A stretch of DNA of 64,000 nucleotides from Patescibacteria group bacterium (GCA_038064975.1 JBBTRX010000002.1:64880-128879); one strand, 5' to 3'; shown: positions 18,015 through 27,655, numbered from the stretch's first letter. Program-made: numbers and translations. Notes: generated from the letters alone by a model not told the origin.

Positions 18015-18572
18015 ATGGACACACCAATCAAAAACGGAGGAACCAATTTTTTTGACCGCTTATGGGAAGAAAGCTGGACCTACATCAAAACAGTGGTAGA
18101 TGTAGTGCGAGAACCGGTTTTAATCCTTAATAAGGATTTGTGTATTATGGCTGCAAATGAACCTTTCTATGAAATGTTCCAAGTGGGACAAAAAGACACC
18201 GAGAAAAAATTAATCTATGAACTCGGAAATGGCCAGTGGGATATTCCTGCCTTGAGAAAACTCCTTGAAGATATTCTTCCAAAAAGCACTTTCTTTAAAG
18301 GGTTTGAAGTGGATCACGAGTTTCCCTTTATTGGACGCAAAATAATAATTTTAAACGCCCGTCAAATCCATAAAGGCGGCTCGAGCGGATCAGTCTTTCC
18401 TCCTATTATATTACTCGCCATGGAAGACGTTACCGAGATGATGAATGTTGCCGAAACGCTCGCAACCCACACAAACCAATTTGAAGCAAAGCTCATGGAC
18501 CGGACAGGGGCCTTAGAGATTCAGATCGGGAAATTAGAGAAAGAAATTATCGCACTTAAAAAGAAAGTTTAG
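18015..18572 (+). CDS. PAS-domain protein with C-terminal coiled coil
   Basis: PAS-like core (VLILNKDLCIMAANEPFYEMFQ) and a heptad-rich tail. Confidence 0.5.
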   Translation: MDTPIKNGGTNFFDRLWEESWTYIKTVVDVVREPVLILNKDLCIMAANEPFYEMFQVGQKDTEKKLIYELGNGQWDIPALRKLLEDILPKSTFFKGFEVDHEFPFIGRKIIILNARQIHKGGSSGSVFPPIILLAMEDVTEMMNVAETLATHTNQFEAKLMDRTGALEIQIGKLEKEIIALKKKV

Positions 18573-18614
18573 GCTCCTTAGAGATATCATGAGTCTTCTT
18601 TTTATTTCCATACC

Positions 18615-19274
18615 CTAGCTTCGCTCCTCCACCTCCACCAGTTCAGTGAATACGACGATTCTCTTGTCGTAGAGTTTTTTGCTTTTAATCCAGTTTCCTC
18701 CGCAGGTAATTAAATTAAGTCGAGCTTTGGTAGAATCACCAGAAAAGATATCACCCGCAGGAGCATTGTAGTCATAGGTTTTTATCTCTACGACCATAAA
18801 TTTAAATATTCTCCCCTCTTTATCTATCACCTCTACCAGATCGTCCGGCTTGAGGTTTTTAAGATTATAAAAAACAGCTTGCGGGACTTTTATACCATCC
18901 AAGTGCCCCGCGATAACCGCGCTTCCCGGTGTCCCTGGGCGGACGCCTCCGTTGTACCACGCAACATCCGTAAAGTTTGAAGGGATACCCATCGTACCGT
19001 TACCGGTTTTAGAAAGCCCTACACTTTGAATTGCGGCATCTACACCGATAATAGGAATGGAAAGCCGTATGGGTTCGGCAGGCTCCTGGAAGGAAAAGCC
19101 AAGGCCACCCGGGAGCGAACCGGTTATTGGCTTTAGTCCTCCTCCCAGAAAATCGTACACCGTCCCGCCGCGCGTTTGGAGAAAAACCGAAAGGCCTGCG
19201 GAAAGCAGGCCCACCCCAAGCGATATGAGAATCACTGTTTTCCAAGAAAATATTTTTTTAGAAGTAGTGTTCAT
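18615..19274 (-). CDS. sortase family transpeptidase
   Basis: N-terminal TM helix, catalytic His region (AGHLDG) and the TLITCGG cysteine motif. Confidence 0.8.
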   Translation of the reverse strand: MNTTSKKIFSWKTVILISLGVGLLSAGLSVFLQTRGGTVYDFLGGGLKPITGSLPGGLGFSFQEPAEPIRLSIPIIGVDAAIQSVGLSKTGNGTMGIPSNFTDVAWYNGGVRPGTPGSAVIAGHLDGIKVPQAVFYNLKNLKPDDLVEVIDKEGRIFKFMVVEIKTYDYNAPAGDIFSGDSTKARLNLITCGGNWIKSKKLYDKRIVVFTELVEVEERS

Positions 19275-19304
19275 ATCGTTTGAGAATTTCGGTAGTTTCT
19301 AGAT

Positions 19305-19907
19305 TTACTGATTGTAGCCACCTCCAGTGTTTGGAAGGCCTGGAGTTCCTGCAGCAGACAAGACGTTTACTGCGCAAGTTGAGCTAAGCTCTCCACTTCG
19401 TACCGTGATCGTTTTAGATCCGAGTGACGCAAAATTCGCGGTAAAGTTTGTGCCATTCGGATTCGTAATTACGAGATCCGGAGATGACCAAACATACGCA
19501 CCATTACCCCCTGTTGCTGAGAACGTAGCAGTCCGTCCCAAGACGACATTCTGCGATGTTGGCAAACACATAAGGTTACCTGTTGAAGTCGCTGTCGTGA
19601 CAGTCACACCACATGTTGCAGTTTGATTGCCGCTCGTTACGACTACTGAATAGGTTCCCGGATTCGGATAGCTCACGCTAAATTGGCTGCCCGTTGGGTT
19701 GGTAACATTTAAGTTCTGTCCGGACCAAACATAGGATCCTGTGCCGCCTGTCGCGGTCAAGGTTGCTGATTGATTGGTCATCACAGAAGATGCTGACATG
19801 TTACATGCGAGTGGAGTTGCCGTTTGCGCGAAAACGAAACTACCAAGACTCATAGCACCAATCGCAAGAATTGCTGCGATCGATAAAAACAAATATTTTT
19901 GATTCAT
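19305..19907 (-). CDS. secreted tandem-domain protein with a C-terminal LPNTG sortase motif
   Basis: Signal peptide (start trimmed to MNQKYLFLS), two roughly 75-aa repeats rich in T/S/G, and a C-terminus of ...GLPNTGGGYNQ followed by a stop. It sits immediately upstream of the sortase gene. Confidence 0.6.
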   Translation of the reverse strand: MNQKYLFLSIAAILAIGAMSLGSFVFAQTATPLACNMSASSVMTNQSATLTATGGTGSYVWSGQNLNVTNPTGSQFSVSYPNPGTYSVVVTSGNQTATCGVTVTTATSTGNLMCLPTSQNVVLGRTATFSATGGNGAYVWSSPDLVITNPNGTNFTANFASLGSKTITVRSGELSSTCAVNVLSAAGTPGLPNTGGGYNQ

Positions 19908-20209
19908 ATGAGTAAATTTGATTGTGTTAATAAACGTTAATGTAATATGGATTTTCCGACCTTTACCACGAAACAATGAAGTCGAAATAGGACTCTCATT
20001 GTTACGGAAGATCATGTGCGCGCCCCTAAGGACTGCCGGACACACAATTCACTTCATTAACTAATAGCACCAGGCATATGAACATGCCGTGAAAAGAATG
20101 CTTCTTTTCGTGGATAAAAAATATACCCATGGCTTTGGGTATATTTTAGTCTCGTGATAATGAGGCGGAGATGAATTAGAACAAATTCTCGCTCCACCTT
20201 CGTATTTTC

Positions 20210-20485
20210 CTATAATGGCTCTACCACATCTAAGTTCTGTTGCTCGTAATCCTTATACGGCTCAATGTCCTGAATTTTCAAGTTAAGCATTTCACGAGCT
20301 CTCATGCGCGAGATATTCAACGATTGCCATTTCGAGAAATAGAGAGAATGAAGGTCTTGCACGTGCCAATACAATTCTCGAGCAAAGCCCTTTCTTAAAT
20401 CTTCATTTGAAATATCTAATACTATTAAAGTATTGGATTGTGAGTTTTGGGTATCCATAACTATTAGCAACACCCGAGAACCCAA
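20210..20485 (-). CDS. hypothetical protein
   Basis: 91-aa ORF downstream of tRNA-Leu with no recognisable motif. Confidence 0.35.
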   Translation of the reverse strand: MGSRVLLIVMDTQNSQSNTLIVLDISNEDLRKGFARELYWHVQDLHSLYFSKWQSLNISRMRAREMLNLKIQDIEPYKDYEQQNLDVVEPL

Positions 20486-20498
20486 AAAAGTTTAATAG

Positions 20499-20583
20499 TG
20501 GTGCCCGGGGTGGGACTCGAACCCACAAGCCTTGCGGCACATCATCTTAAGTGATGCGCGTCTGCCAATTTCGCCACCCGGGC
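20499..20583 (-). tRNA. tRNA-Leu (anticodon TAA), class II with long variable arm, CCA encoded
   Basis: Perfect acceptor GCCCGGG/CCCGGGC, 3-bp D-stem, anticodon loop CTTAAGA, variable stem-loop and a genomically encoded CCA. Confidence 0.85.
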
Positions 20584-20590
20584 ATTGTAT

Positions 20591-21070
20591 TTATTTTTTT
20601 CTTCCGCCTCTTCCCCTGTGACGGGGTGTCAAACTATGACAATTTGGACAAAGAACTCTAAGGTTCTCTAATCGATTATCCGTACGATCCCCATTGATAT
20701 GATCAAGCTCCAAAGGGAGATATCCATCTTGAGTTTTCTCTGCCCAATTGCATTGTTCGCAATATTCTGGCTTCAATTTAACACTAAAAAGACGTTTCTT
20801 CAATTTAAAGCTTTGAAATAAACTATTCTTAACTAAAATCTTTTCTAGAGGAATAATTGGCTTCCCAATTCCACGCAATCCTTTATTCCACGCCTTTCCG
20901 GTAAAATGACTTATATTTAAATTATATTCTTTAATATATCGTTTGATTTGAGCGTAATTTCCTCCCGCATCACGCAAATTTAGCTTAACTAAAATTTGCC
21001 GAAAGCTCTTTGAGCTTTTTACTGCATTCTTTAATTGAATAGCGGTCCAACCTCTTGTTCGTCCCGGCAT
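20591..21070 (-). CDS. HNH endonuclease (homing-endonuclease-like)
   Basis: LELDHINGDRTDNRLENLRVLCPNCH is an HNH motif with a zinc-binding Cys pair. The gene is wedged between tRNA-Cys and tRNA-Leu. Confidence 0.75.
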   Translation of the reverse strand: MPGRTRGWTAIQLKNAVKSSKSFRQILVKLNLRDAGGNYAQIKRYIKEYNLNISHFTGKAWNKGLRGIGKPIIPLEKILVKNSLFQSFKLKKRLFSVKLKPEYCEQCNWAEKTQDGYLPLELDHINGDRTDNRLENLRVLCPNCHSLTPRHRGRGGRKK

Positions 21071-21146
21071 ATTATAAATATATCAAAACGGTAAACGCAT
21101 ATCAATGCGCTATTTTATACGTCTACCATATAAAAGTTATCCACTG

Positions 21147-21218
21147 AGGCACGGGCGGGAATCGAACCCGCGTATAGAGATTTTGCAGATCTCAGCCTTA
21201 CCACTTGGCTACCGTGCC
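21147..21218 (-). tRNA. tRNA-Cys (anticodon GCA)
   Basis: Perfect acceptor GGCACGG/CCGTGCC with U73, anticodon loop CTGCAAA and T-loop TTCGATT. Confidence 0.85.
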
Positions 21219-21326
21219 ATATTAAATTATTTATTTCTATTTAGCGAAATCCACCCTTGCCTGGACCCTGTCCGCCTTCGGCGGAACTTGGCTACCGTGC
21301 CGAAAACACTTACTACTAAGACTCGC

Positions 21327-21695
21327 CTAGGAGGCAGCCTGTTCATTATTATCCTCCTCAAGAAGCGCTTTTTCAACAGCAGCAGAATTTTCATTTCCGC
21401 GATCAAGTTCAAATGCTATCTGTGGCATAGGCCGTATGTTCATATCGCGATATAAAATAAACTGCAACTTTCCCTGCATAGCTTTCAATTTTTTGTATGC
21501 CTCGTGCTCCCGTTCGTTCGGGATTACGCTTACATATACTTTTGCGGTTTCAAATTTCTTACCAACTTCCACACGCGTAATTGTTACGAGAGCTCCATCA
21601 AATTCAACCTCGCGCATAATAATAAGAGACAATCTGCTCGCGATTAAACTTTCCGCGCGCTCTTTTCTGAAGAATTGCATAGCTCTATCGGGCAA
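21327..21695 (-). CDS. rbfA: ribosome-binding factor A
   Basis: KH-like RbfA core (ETAKVYVSV...) immediately downstream of infB. Confidence 0.75.
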   Translation of the reverse strand: MPDRAMQFFRKERAESLIASRLSLIIMREVEFDGALVTITRVEVGKKFETAKVYVSVIPNEREHEAYKKLKAMQGKLQFILYRDMNIRPMPQIAFELDRGNENSAAVEKALLEEDNNEQAAS

Positions 21696-23181
21696 TAAGA
21701 CGATCGCCTACCTTGATTGCAACAGTTGTCTTTACGAGCAAGCCACCCTCACTCCCTTCCGGAATCTCAAGGACATTCGCGCGATCTTTTTGAAGATTGA
21801 TAATTTCCGCAGTTCCCAACTCCGATCCGCGGCGCGTAATCGTAAGCCGGGATGTTTTTTCAATTTTGCCTTTTGCAACCTTTCCTCCGATAATCTGTTC
21901 GCCAGGATTTTTCCCTCCAAACACGCCTAAGATTTCCATATCGCTTTTCACGATATCTTTGTTCAAGTTTTTAATTTCAGCCTCTAACATTTCAATGAGC
22001 GTATATACGACATCGGAATAAAACATGGTGATGTTGTGCGTTTTTGCGAGTCCCTCTGCTGCTTTGTTCGGTTTCACGTGAAATCCTAAGATAAACGCGC
22101 CCGAAGGAATAGCGAGCTTTACGTCGCCGTCTGTAATCGCGCCAACACCTTCATCAATAACATGGAGTGCAACGGTTTTCGGCACCGGAAGAGATTCTAA
22201 AATATGTCGAAGCGATTCGAGCGATCCAGAGACATCACTGCGGAGAATGAGTTTGATAAGTTGTTTACCTCCACCGACATCAGTTCCTGCCTGTTTCATA
22301 CCGAGATTGTGCCGTTCAGAAACCGCACGAGAAACTTCTGTTGTCGTCGCGTCGCCTCCTGAATTAAACGTGTCTCCCACGCCCGGCAAGGATTCAAATC
22401 CAAAAATACGTACAGACATAGATGGCGTAGCCTCCTTCACACGCTCGCCTGCTACATTTTCAATACTCTTCACTTTTCCTGCGACACTTCCCGCACAAAT
22501 GCGGTCGCCCACGCGGAGTGTTCCGTTTTTTATAATAACCGAAGCAATGATGCCGACTTTGCTGTCGCGTTTTGATTCAAGAATAATTCCGTTCCCTGGA
22601 AGATTTGTGTCCACCGAAAGATCAGTCATATCTGCTGCAAGGAGCACCAGATCCAAAAGTTCATTTACGCCTTGGCCAGTCTTCGCTGATATTTCTTGAA
22701 AACTTACGCTGCCACCGTAGCCTTCCAAAAGCACGCCTTCCGTTGTAAGTTCGTTTTTAATGCGCGTCACTTCTTCCGGGGCAGTATCAACTTTATTAAT
22801 CGCGACAACAAACGGAATATTGGTTTCCGTAAGCATTTGAATTACTTCCTTGGTTTGAGGTTGTACGCCGTCATCCGCCGCAACAACAAGAATCGCGATA
22901 TCTGCAACACCCGCACCTCGCTTGCGCATCTTGGCAAACGCTTCGTGCCCCGGCGTATCAACAAATGTCATCTTTCTACCCGATTTTTCGCCACCGGAAA
23001 GATGTTCAATTTCATACGCCCCGATAGACTGTGTGATTCCCCCCGCTTCGCCTCCGGCAACATTCGTTTTGCGGATATAGTCCAACAGAGTTGTTTTGCC
23101 ATGATCAACATGCCCCAGAATAGTAACAATGGGAGGACGGCTTACAACCGGTGATTTTATTGGGGTTTGCTTGGGCGACAT
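21685..23181 (-). CDS. infB: translation initiation factor IF-2 (short N-terminus)
   Basis: G-domain motifs [14 protein letters not shown] and NKVD, followed by the IF-2 domains. Confidence 0.9.
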   Translation of the reverse strand: MSPKQTPIKSPVVSRPPIVTILGHVDHGKTTLLDYIRKTNVAGGEAGGITQSIGAYEIEHLSGGEKSGRKMTFVDTPGHEAFAKMRKRGAGVADIAILVVAADDGVQPQTKEVIQMLTETNIPFVVAINKVDTAPEEVTRIKNELTTEGVLLEGYGGSVSFQEISAKTGQGVNELLDLVLLAADMTDLSVDTNLPGNGIILESKRDSKVGIIASVIIKNGTLRVGDRICAGSVAGKVKSIENVAGERVKEATPSMSVRIFGFESLPGVGDTFNSGGDATTTEVSRAVSERHNLGMKQAGTDVGGGKQLIKLILRSDVSGSLESLRHILESLPVPKTVALHVIDEGVGAITDGDVKLAIPSGAFILGFHVKPNKAAEGLAKTHNITMFYSDVVYTLIEMLEAEIKNLNKDIVKSDMEILGVFGGKNPGEQIIGGKVAKGKIEKTSRLTITRRGSELGTAEIINLQKDRANVLEIPEGSEGGLLVKTTVAIKVGDRLIAR

Positions 23182-23350
23182 AATGTTTCAAAATACCAGG
23201 AAAACAAGGAAAAGGCAAGGAAATATTGATAAAACAAGCCAATTCTTCTATGCTGTCTTGGCATGGAGGCGTGGCTGCCTGTCCGACAAAGCTTAAGCGA
23301 CGGCGGAAGCGGTGAAACCCAAAGCCACGCTTTCTAAAAAATAATAGTAT

Positions 23351-23437
23351 GGAGGCGTGGCTGAGCGGTCTAAAGCAACACACTGCTAATGTGTTGGCCG
23401 GGAAACCGGCCCGAAGGTTCGAATCCTTCCGCCTCCG
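23351..23437 (+). tRNA. tRNA-Ser (anticodon GCT), class II
   Basis: Acceptor GGAGGCG/CGCCTCC, anticodon loop CTGCTAA and a long variable arm GGCCGGGAAACCGGCCC. Confidence 0.85.
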
Positions 23438-23448
23438 CAGTAGCAAAA

Positions 23449-23482
23449 AATAGCACTCCTTGTGAGTGCCATTTTTGATATA
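23449..23482 (+). terminator. rho-independent terminator after tRNA-Ser
   Basis: Hairpin GCACTCcttgtGAGTGC followed by ATTTTTG. Confidence 0.5.
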
Positions 23483-23599
23483 GTGAAGTGAATGATTCGA
23501 ACCGCGGGCCGCAGACTCCGAAGAGGAGTCGAAGGTTTCGAGATCAGCAGACCGAGAGGCGAATCCAATTCCTTGATCAAAATTTAAAAATCCAATTCT

Positions 23600-23827
23600 A
23601 TGAAAGAAGAAAAACGAACAGAATATATTAAAAAGATTACTTCATTCTTTTTAGACCATAGAAGCGAAGAGATAGGTGTTATCGCCGCTGGAGAGGTATT
23701 GGATTTTTTTGCAGAAGATATAATAGCAAAAGATTTCTACGAACAAGGTATTAGAGATGTAAAGAAATTACTCAAAGAAAAGATGGAAGACTTAGAGATG
23801 GAAATGGATTTAATATCTGAGCAATAA
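23600..23827 (+). CDS. hypothetical small acidic protein
   Basis: 75-aa ORF with RBS-like purines upstream. Confidence 0.4.
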   Translation: MKEEKRTEYIKKITSFFLDHRSEEIGVIAAGEVLDFFAEDIIAKDFYEQGIRDVKKLLKEKMEDLEMEMDLISEQ

Positions 23828-23860
23828 TACAGGAGTAAGAAATAATACCCACAAAGGGTA

Positions 23861-24592
23861 TTATTTCTTCACATCCCCTCCTAAGCCAACAGTGCCGGGA
23901 GCAATACTTTTCATAATACCTTTTTCAGTGCTTTGCAGAGGATTCGCTTTCAAGAGACGCGCATAGTATACAAGATTCCGCGCCATAACACGTGCCATAG
24001 CAGTAGTGGATTTTTGTTTGCGAAAAAATTTGAGCAGTTTTGTTTTGTTTTCCGAATACGGACCAAGGTAGGAAAGCGAACATGCGGGCGGAAGCGTGAG
24101 GCCATTCCACAGCATGAAATCGCACAGATTGCCGATCACGTGCTGCGCTCCGTCTTCAGCGCCAGTAATTACCATGCCTCCAATTTTGTTTGCCAGCTCT
24201 GATTTGCCGGTTTCTAAGAGTTCGTCATTTAACGCATCCATGCGCTCAATACATCGCTGTAACAGCGACGAATGAGTCCCCCACCAAATAGGCGTGGCAA
24301 AAATAATTATATCTGCGGCAAATATTTTAGCGAGAATTTTTGGCCAGTCATCCCCTTTTCCTTCATTACTTTCTACACCTGGCTTGATGCGATAATTAAC
24401 AAGGCGCACTACTTCGCCCTTCACGTTGTAGGGACTCAAATGTTCCAGAAGAATCTCGGAAAGTGCTTGAGTGTGTGAGAACGCTGGAGCAGACTTCAAT
24501 GTGCCGAGCAAAACAAGCGCACGCAGAGTTTTGTTCTGTGGATCTAAAAATTCTTCTGTACTATGAGCCCGAGATTTTTTATTTATTTGCAT
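23861..24592 (-). CDS. flavodoxin-like NAD(P)H-dependent oxidoreductase
   Basis: Flavodoxin-like fold signature (IIIFATPIWWGTHSSLLQRCIERMD). Confidence 0.55.
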   Translation of the reverse strand: MQINKKSRAHSTEEFLDPQNKTLRALVLLGTLKSAPAFSHTQALSEILLEHLSPYNVKGEVVRLVNYRIKPGVESNEGKGDDWPKILAKIFAADIIIFATPIWWGTHSSLLQRCIERMDALNDELLETGKSELANKIGGMVITGAEDGAQHVIGNLCDFMLWNGLTLPPACSLSYLGPYSENKTKLLKFFRKQKSTTAMARVMARNLVYYARLLKANPLQSTEKGIMKSIAPGTVGLGGDVKK

Positions 24593-24708
24593 TCGTTAAT
24601 CTCCTATTAACTACGGATCTCGGTGAAAAGCATATGAAGAATGATGCGTTTTATTCGTATTGTATGATACTCTTTTTCTAGAACCCCTCACTACAAAGGA
24701 AGTGAACC

Positions 24709-25176
24709 ATGAAATTATCCACACTCTGCTTCTGTGTGCGCGACGACCAGGTTCTCCTGGCCATGAAAAAGCGCGGTTTCGGACAAGAAAAATGGAATGG
24801 ATATGGCGGTAAAGTTACCGAGAAAGAAACTCCGCGAACTGCCGCTGTTCGGGAAATCAAAGAAGAGTCTGACTTATCCGTCTCCGAAGAAGCGTTGAAA
24901 CAAGTTGGTTTGATAAATTTCTACTTTGATGGCGATCACGCTTTTGAGTGCCATGTTTTTCTCGTACGAGAGTGGCAGGGAGAACCTCAAGAATCAGATG
25001 AAATGAGGCCGTGCTGGTTTTCAGCCTCACAACTCCCCTTTGAAAAAATGTGGGTGGCTGACGTGTTGTGGCTCCCTCTTGTTCTTGCCGGGAAGAAACT
25101 GAAAGCGGAAGTGAATTTCAACAAAGATGGGAGTGAAGTAAAATCTTTCTCCTACGAAGAAACAGAATTTAATTGA
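24709..25176 (+). CDS. NUDIX hydrolase (MutT-like)
   Basis: Nudix box GGKVTEKETPRTAAVREIKEESDL. Confidence 0.75.
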   Translation: MKLSTLCFCVRDDQVLLAMKKRGFGQEKWNGYGGKVTEKETPRTAAVREIKEESDLSVSEEALKQVGLINFYFDGDHAFECHVFLVREWQGEPQESDEMRPCWFSASQLPFEKMWVADVLWLPLVLAGKKLKAEVNFNKDGSEVKSFSYEETEFN

Positions 25177-25372
25177 ATCGGGTCTCGTGATTACCGTCAC
25201 CGAGGCCCGTTTTTTTATGGCAAGAAATTGGAGTGGATCGCTTACGGAGCGAGTTAGTGAACGACGTTAGAACCTATTATGGCAGTGTTGAAGAAAGATT
25301 TTTGTGCCCAGCTTTATATATAAAAACCGCCGCAAGGCTGATACCTTGGGCGGTCTTGAGCGCTGATCGTTG

Positions 25373-25720
25373 CTATCTCGTTTTAACTTCCCGAAATAAT
25401 TCTCTCTCAAAGCAATGCTTCAGGAGAGCGAGGAGTTTCTCTCGGTAGGGATAACTACCGAGATAGATCTCGGTATTGCATTTGGGGCATTGAATGTCAC
25501 AAACGTCACGTTCTGAAAACAACCAATCACCCCCACCATGTGGTCTTGGACGCATATAGGTTCTTTGGATAAAAATCCACGAAGACACTTTGCTCTTTTT
25601 GCCACACTTCGTGCAGAGGATAAGCGTGTTTCGGATGATATTCCGATGCTCTTCTCTAAGGTTCTTTTGATCCTGTTTGAGTTCATGAAGCTTACGCTCC
25701 ACAGCGACGATCCTTCTCAT
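25373..25720 (-). CDS. hypothetical zinc-ribbon protein
   Basis: Two CxxC pairs (CTKCGKK and CPKCNTE) plus an N-terminal coiled coil. Confidence 0.4.
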   Translation of the reverse strand: MRRIVAVERKLHELKQDQKNLREEHRNIIRNTLILCTKCGKKSKVSSWIFIQRTYMRPRPHGGGDWLFSERDVCDIQCPKCNTEIYLGSYPYREKLLALLKHCFERELFREVKTR

Positions 25721-25910
25721 ATAAACCTCCTTTCAAGGTTCTAAAGAAAACAATACACCATTGCTTTAATAATCACAAAATTGACAATTACTTGTTAAAT
25801 CGCCTTAGGGCTTTTTTAGAATAAAAACGATAATTTTTATAAAATTTGAAATATAATTAACAGGCGAGCCTCGCCCAAAGCTGAACTATTTAAAATTAAT
25901 AAGGAAGCTT

Positions 25911-26032
25911 TGAGCGGGGTAGAGAGTCTCACATCGTCCGGCTCTGCCGGACTCTTTGAAACCCAGCGGTTTCAACAGCTTCCGCATCGGGGAAACTACC
26001 GATTTCCCCGACCCCCTTCCCGTTCGATTCTC
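25911..26032 (-). repeat. tRNA-3'-end-associated structured repeat, copy C (subtype 2), distal tandem copy at tRNA-Gly
   Basis: It starts with tgagcggggtagaga (a tRNA-Gly 3'-end mimic) and its core is about 90% identical to A and G. Confidence 0.8.
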
Positions 26033-26085
26033 TTCTTACTCATTCCAAATAAAATGACTCACTATCACGGTGAGTCATTTTACGT

Positions 26086-26246
26086 TGAGCGGGGTACGAG
26101 AGTCTCACGTCGTCCGGCTCTGCCGAACTCCTTAAAACCCATCGGTTTTAACTCGCTCACTTCGTTCGCTTTTCCGCCTCGGAGAAACTTCCGTTTCCCC
26201 GACCCTGCCTACCGGTAGGCAGGCCCCTTCCTGTTCGATTCTCTCT
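26086..26246 (-). repeat. tRNA-3'-end-associated structured repeat, copy D (divergent subtype 2 with palindromic insert), proximal copy at tRNA-Gly
   Basis: It starts with tgagcggggtacgaga, which is 16/16 identical to the tRNA-Gly 3' end. It shares the core 5' part with subtype 2. It shows the compensatory hairpin change TTGAAACC/GGTTTCAA to TTAAAACC/GGTTTTAA. It carries an extra 20-nt perfect palindrome CCTGCCTACCGGTAGGCAGG. Confidence 0.75.
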
Positions 26247-26300
26247 TTACTCATTCATAACAAAAACAACCCATCGCAAGAATGGACTGTTTTTGTTATG

Positions 26301-26371
26301 AGCGGGGTACGAGAATCGAACTCGCGGCTCGACCTTGGCAAGGTCGCGTATTACCACTATACTAACCCCGC
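26301..26371 (-). tRNA. tRNA-Gly (anticodon GCC)
   Basis: Close match to E. coli tRNA-Gly(GCC) through the anticodon arm (CGACCTTGCCAAGGTCG), with U73. Confidence 0.85.
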
Positions 26372-26587
26372 AAAATTACTTTATTTATTGTGGAGGAAGT
26401 CCTTGTGGACCTTTGACGTAAGGATCTCCCGTAGGACCAATGAAGCCGTTTGTATCGGTTGGTGCCGCAGACTCTTGAGGTCGGAATAACACTACCACTA
26501 GTAGCGCCCCCACGATGACAAGCGCAAGCACAATAACAATTGTCTTCATGTAAGTTATTTAACTATATTTGAGCTTCGAATGCAAAT

Positions 26588-26614
26588 AAAAAACGGACGC
26601 CGGTTAGGGAGTCC
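26588..26614 (-). terminator. rho-independent terminator downstream of the RT gene
   Basis: On the minus strand: hairpin CGGACtccctaaccggcGTCCG followed by TTTTTTATTTGCATT. Confidence 0.55.
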
Positions 26615-26659
26615 GTTGTTGGGAAGGTGGGCTACTCAAAACTGATTCGCCCATTTGTA

Positions 26660-27598
26660 TTAGCGTTGGTATGAGTGGTAGGTGTTGAGCAGTTTCTTTT
26701 CGGTCTGATTCAGTTCCAAGCCATTATCTTTGTAGAATTGGGCGATATAGAGGAAGAGACTCATCATCCCCTGGATTTTTGCCGACGAGACTTCGCCTTT
26801 TCTCATTGCCAGATTGAGAGCTCCCCGCACTCTCCGAAAATATGCGCGAGGGACGAAGATTCTACCATCTTCTGCAATCCCGATACCTGTTACGACAACA
26901 GGTCTTTTTGTAAGATCCACGCAATCAGATTTCCAGTGATTAATTATGAATCCGGCTTGGTCCGCAAGTATTCGTATCTTGCGACGCGTACTCGCCACAA
27001 TGGGATTTGGTGAAGAGAAGGTCAGGTCATCAATATAGCGCGTATACGTAATCCCAAATTCTTCACATAGATCACCAATATCTCCATCCAAGAGCGATCC
27101 CACCGAGAGATTGAAAAGATCTTGTGAGGCAGGACCGCCCGTGACCAATCCATGCTCCTTGTGAAAAAAATATTGAATGAGAAAAGCGACCAGCTCTTCT
27201 CTTTGCGACGCAAGCTTTTCATCAAGCGCAATCAACGTGTCGGCGACATGCGAGGGGAGAACGCTCCGATATGCATGGCGGAAATCAACAAGATAGAAAA
27301 ACCTATTCTCTCGATGTATGAGTGCATTATTGAGAGGAGATGATTTCGGCAATGCAGCAGTTGCATAGCGCAGAAATTGAGACCGTATCTGCTCATTGAC
27401 GTGCATAGGACTGCGCAAATGACCCAAAAATTCTCTTTGCAAATGAAGCATGCTGTTATTGGGCGCAAAAACGATACGACGCTTCGTGTGTCCGCTTAAA
27501 GGATTTTCATCGCGGATAGGAAACATCGTAAAACGAGGAGATTCCCCGTACTCGCGCTCCAATTGAGCCACGAGACTTTTCAGATTTTCAACGAGCAT
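26660..27598 (-). CDS. reverse transcriptase, retron-type (start trimmed to MLVENL; good SD AAGGAGG)
   Basis: RT motif 1/2 (FPIR..RRIVFAPNNSMLHLQ), motif A (LVDFRHAYRSV), motif B (LVTGGPASQDLFNL), motif C (YIDD), and a downstream VVVTGIGI that matches the retron-characteristic VTG motif. At 312 aa it has no maturase or endonuclease domain. Confidence 0.75.
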   Translation of the reverse strand: MLVENLKSLVAQLEREYGESPRFTMFPIRDENPLSGHTKRRIVFAPNNSMLHLQREFLGHLRSPMHVNEQIRSQFLRYATAALPKSSPLNNALIHRENRFFYLVDFRHAYRSVLPSHVADTLIALDEKLASQREELVAFLIQYFFHKEHGLVTGGPASQDLFNLSVGSLLDGDIGDLCEEFGITYTRYIDDLTFSSPNPIVASTRRKIRILADQAGFIINHWKSDCVDLTKRPVVVTGIGIAEDGRIFVPRAYFRRVRGALNLAMRKGEVSSAKIQGMMSLFLYIAQFYKDNGLELNQTEKKLLNTYHSYQR

Positions 27599-27655
27599 GG
27601 AAACCTCCTTGTTTTGTAGTTCTGGGGTTGGGTTTTGACTATAGTTCCTGAACTG

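Noticed and set aside
23481-23575. tRNA-like T-arm sequence (GCGGTTCGAATC) downstream of tRNA-Ser on the minus strand
   Set aside because: No acceptor, D or anticodon stems can be formed. It is probably coincidental, or a very degraded remnant, within the 5' UTR of the next gene.
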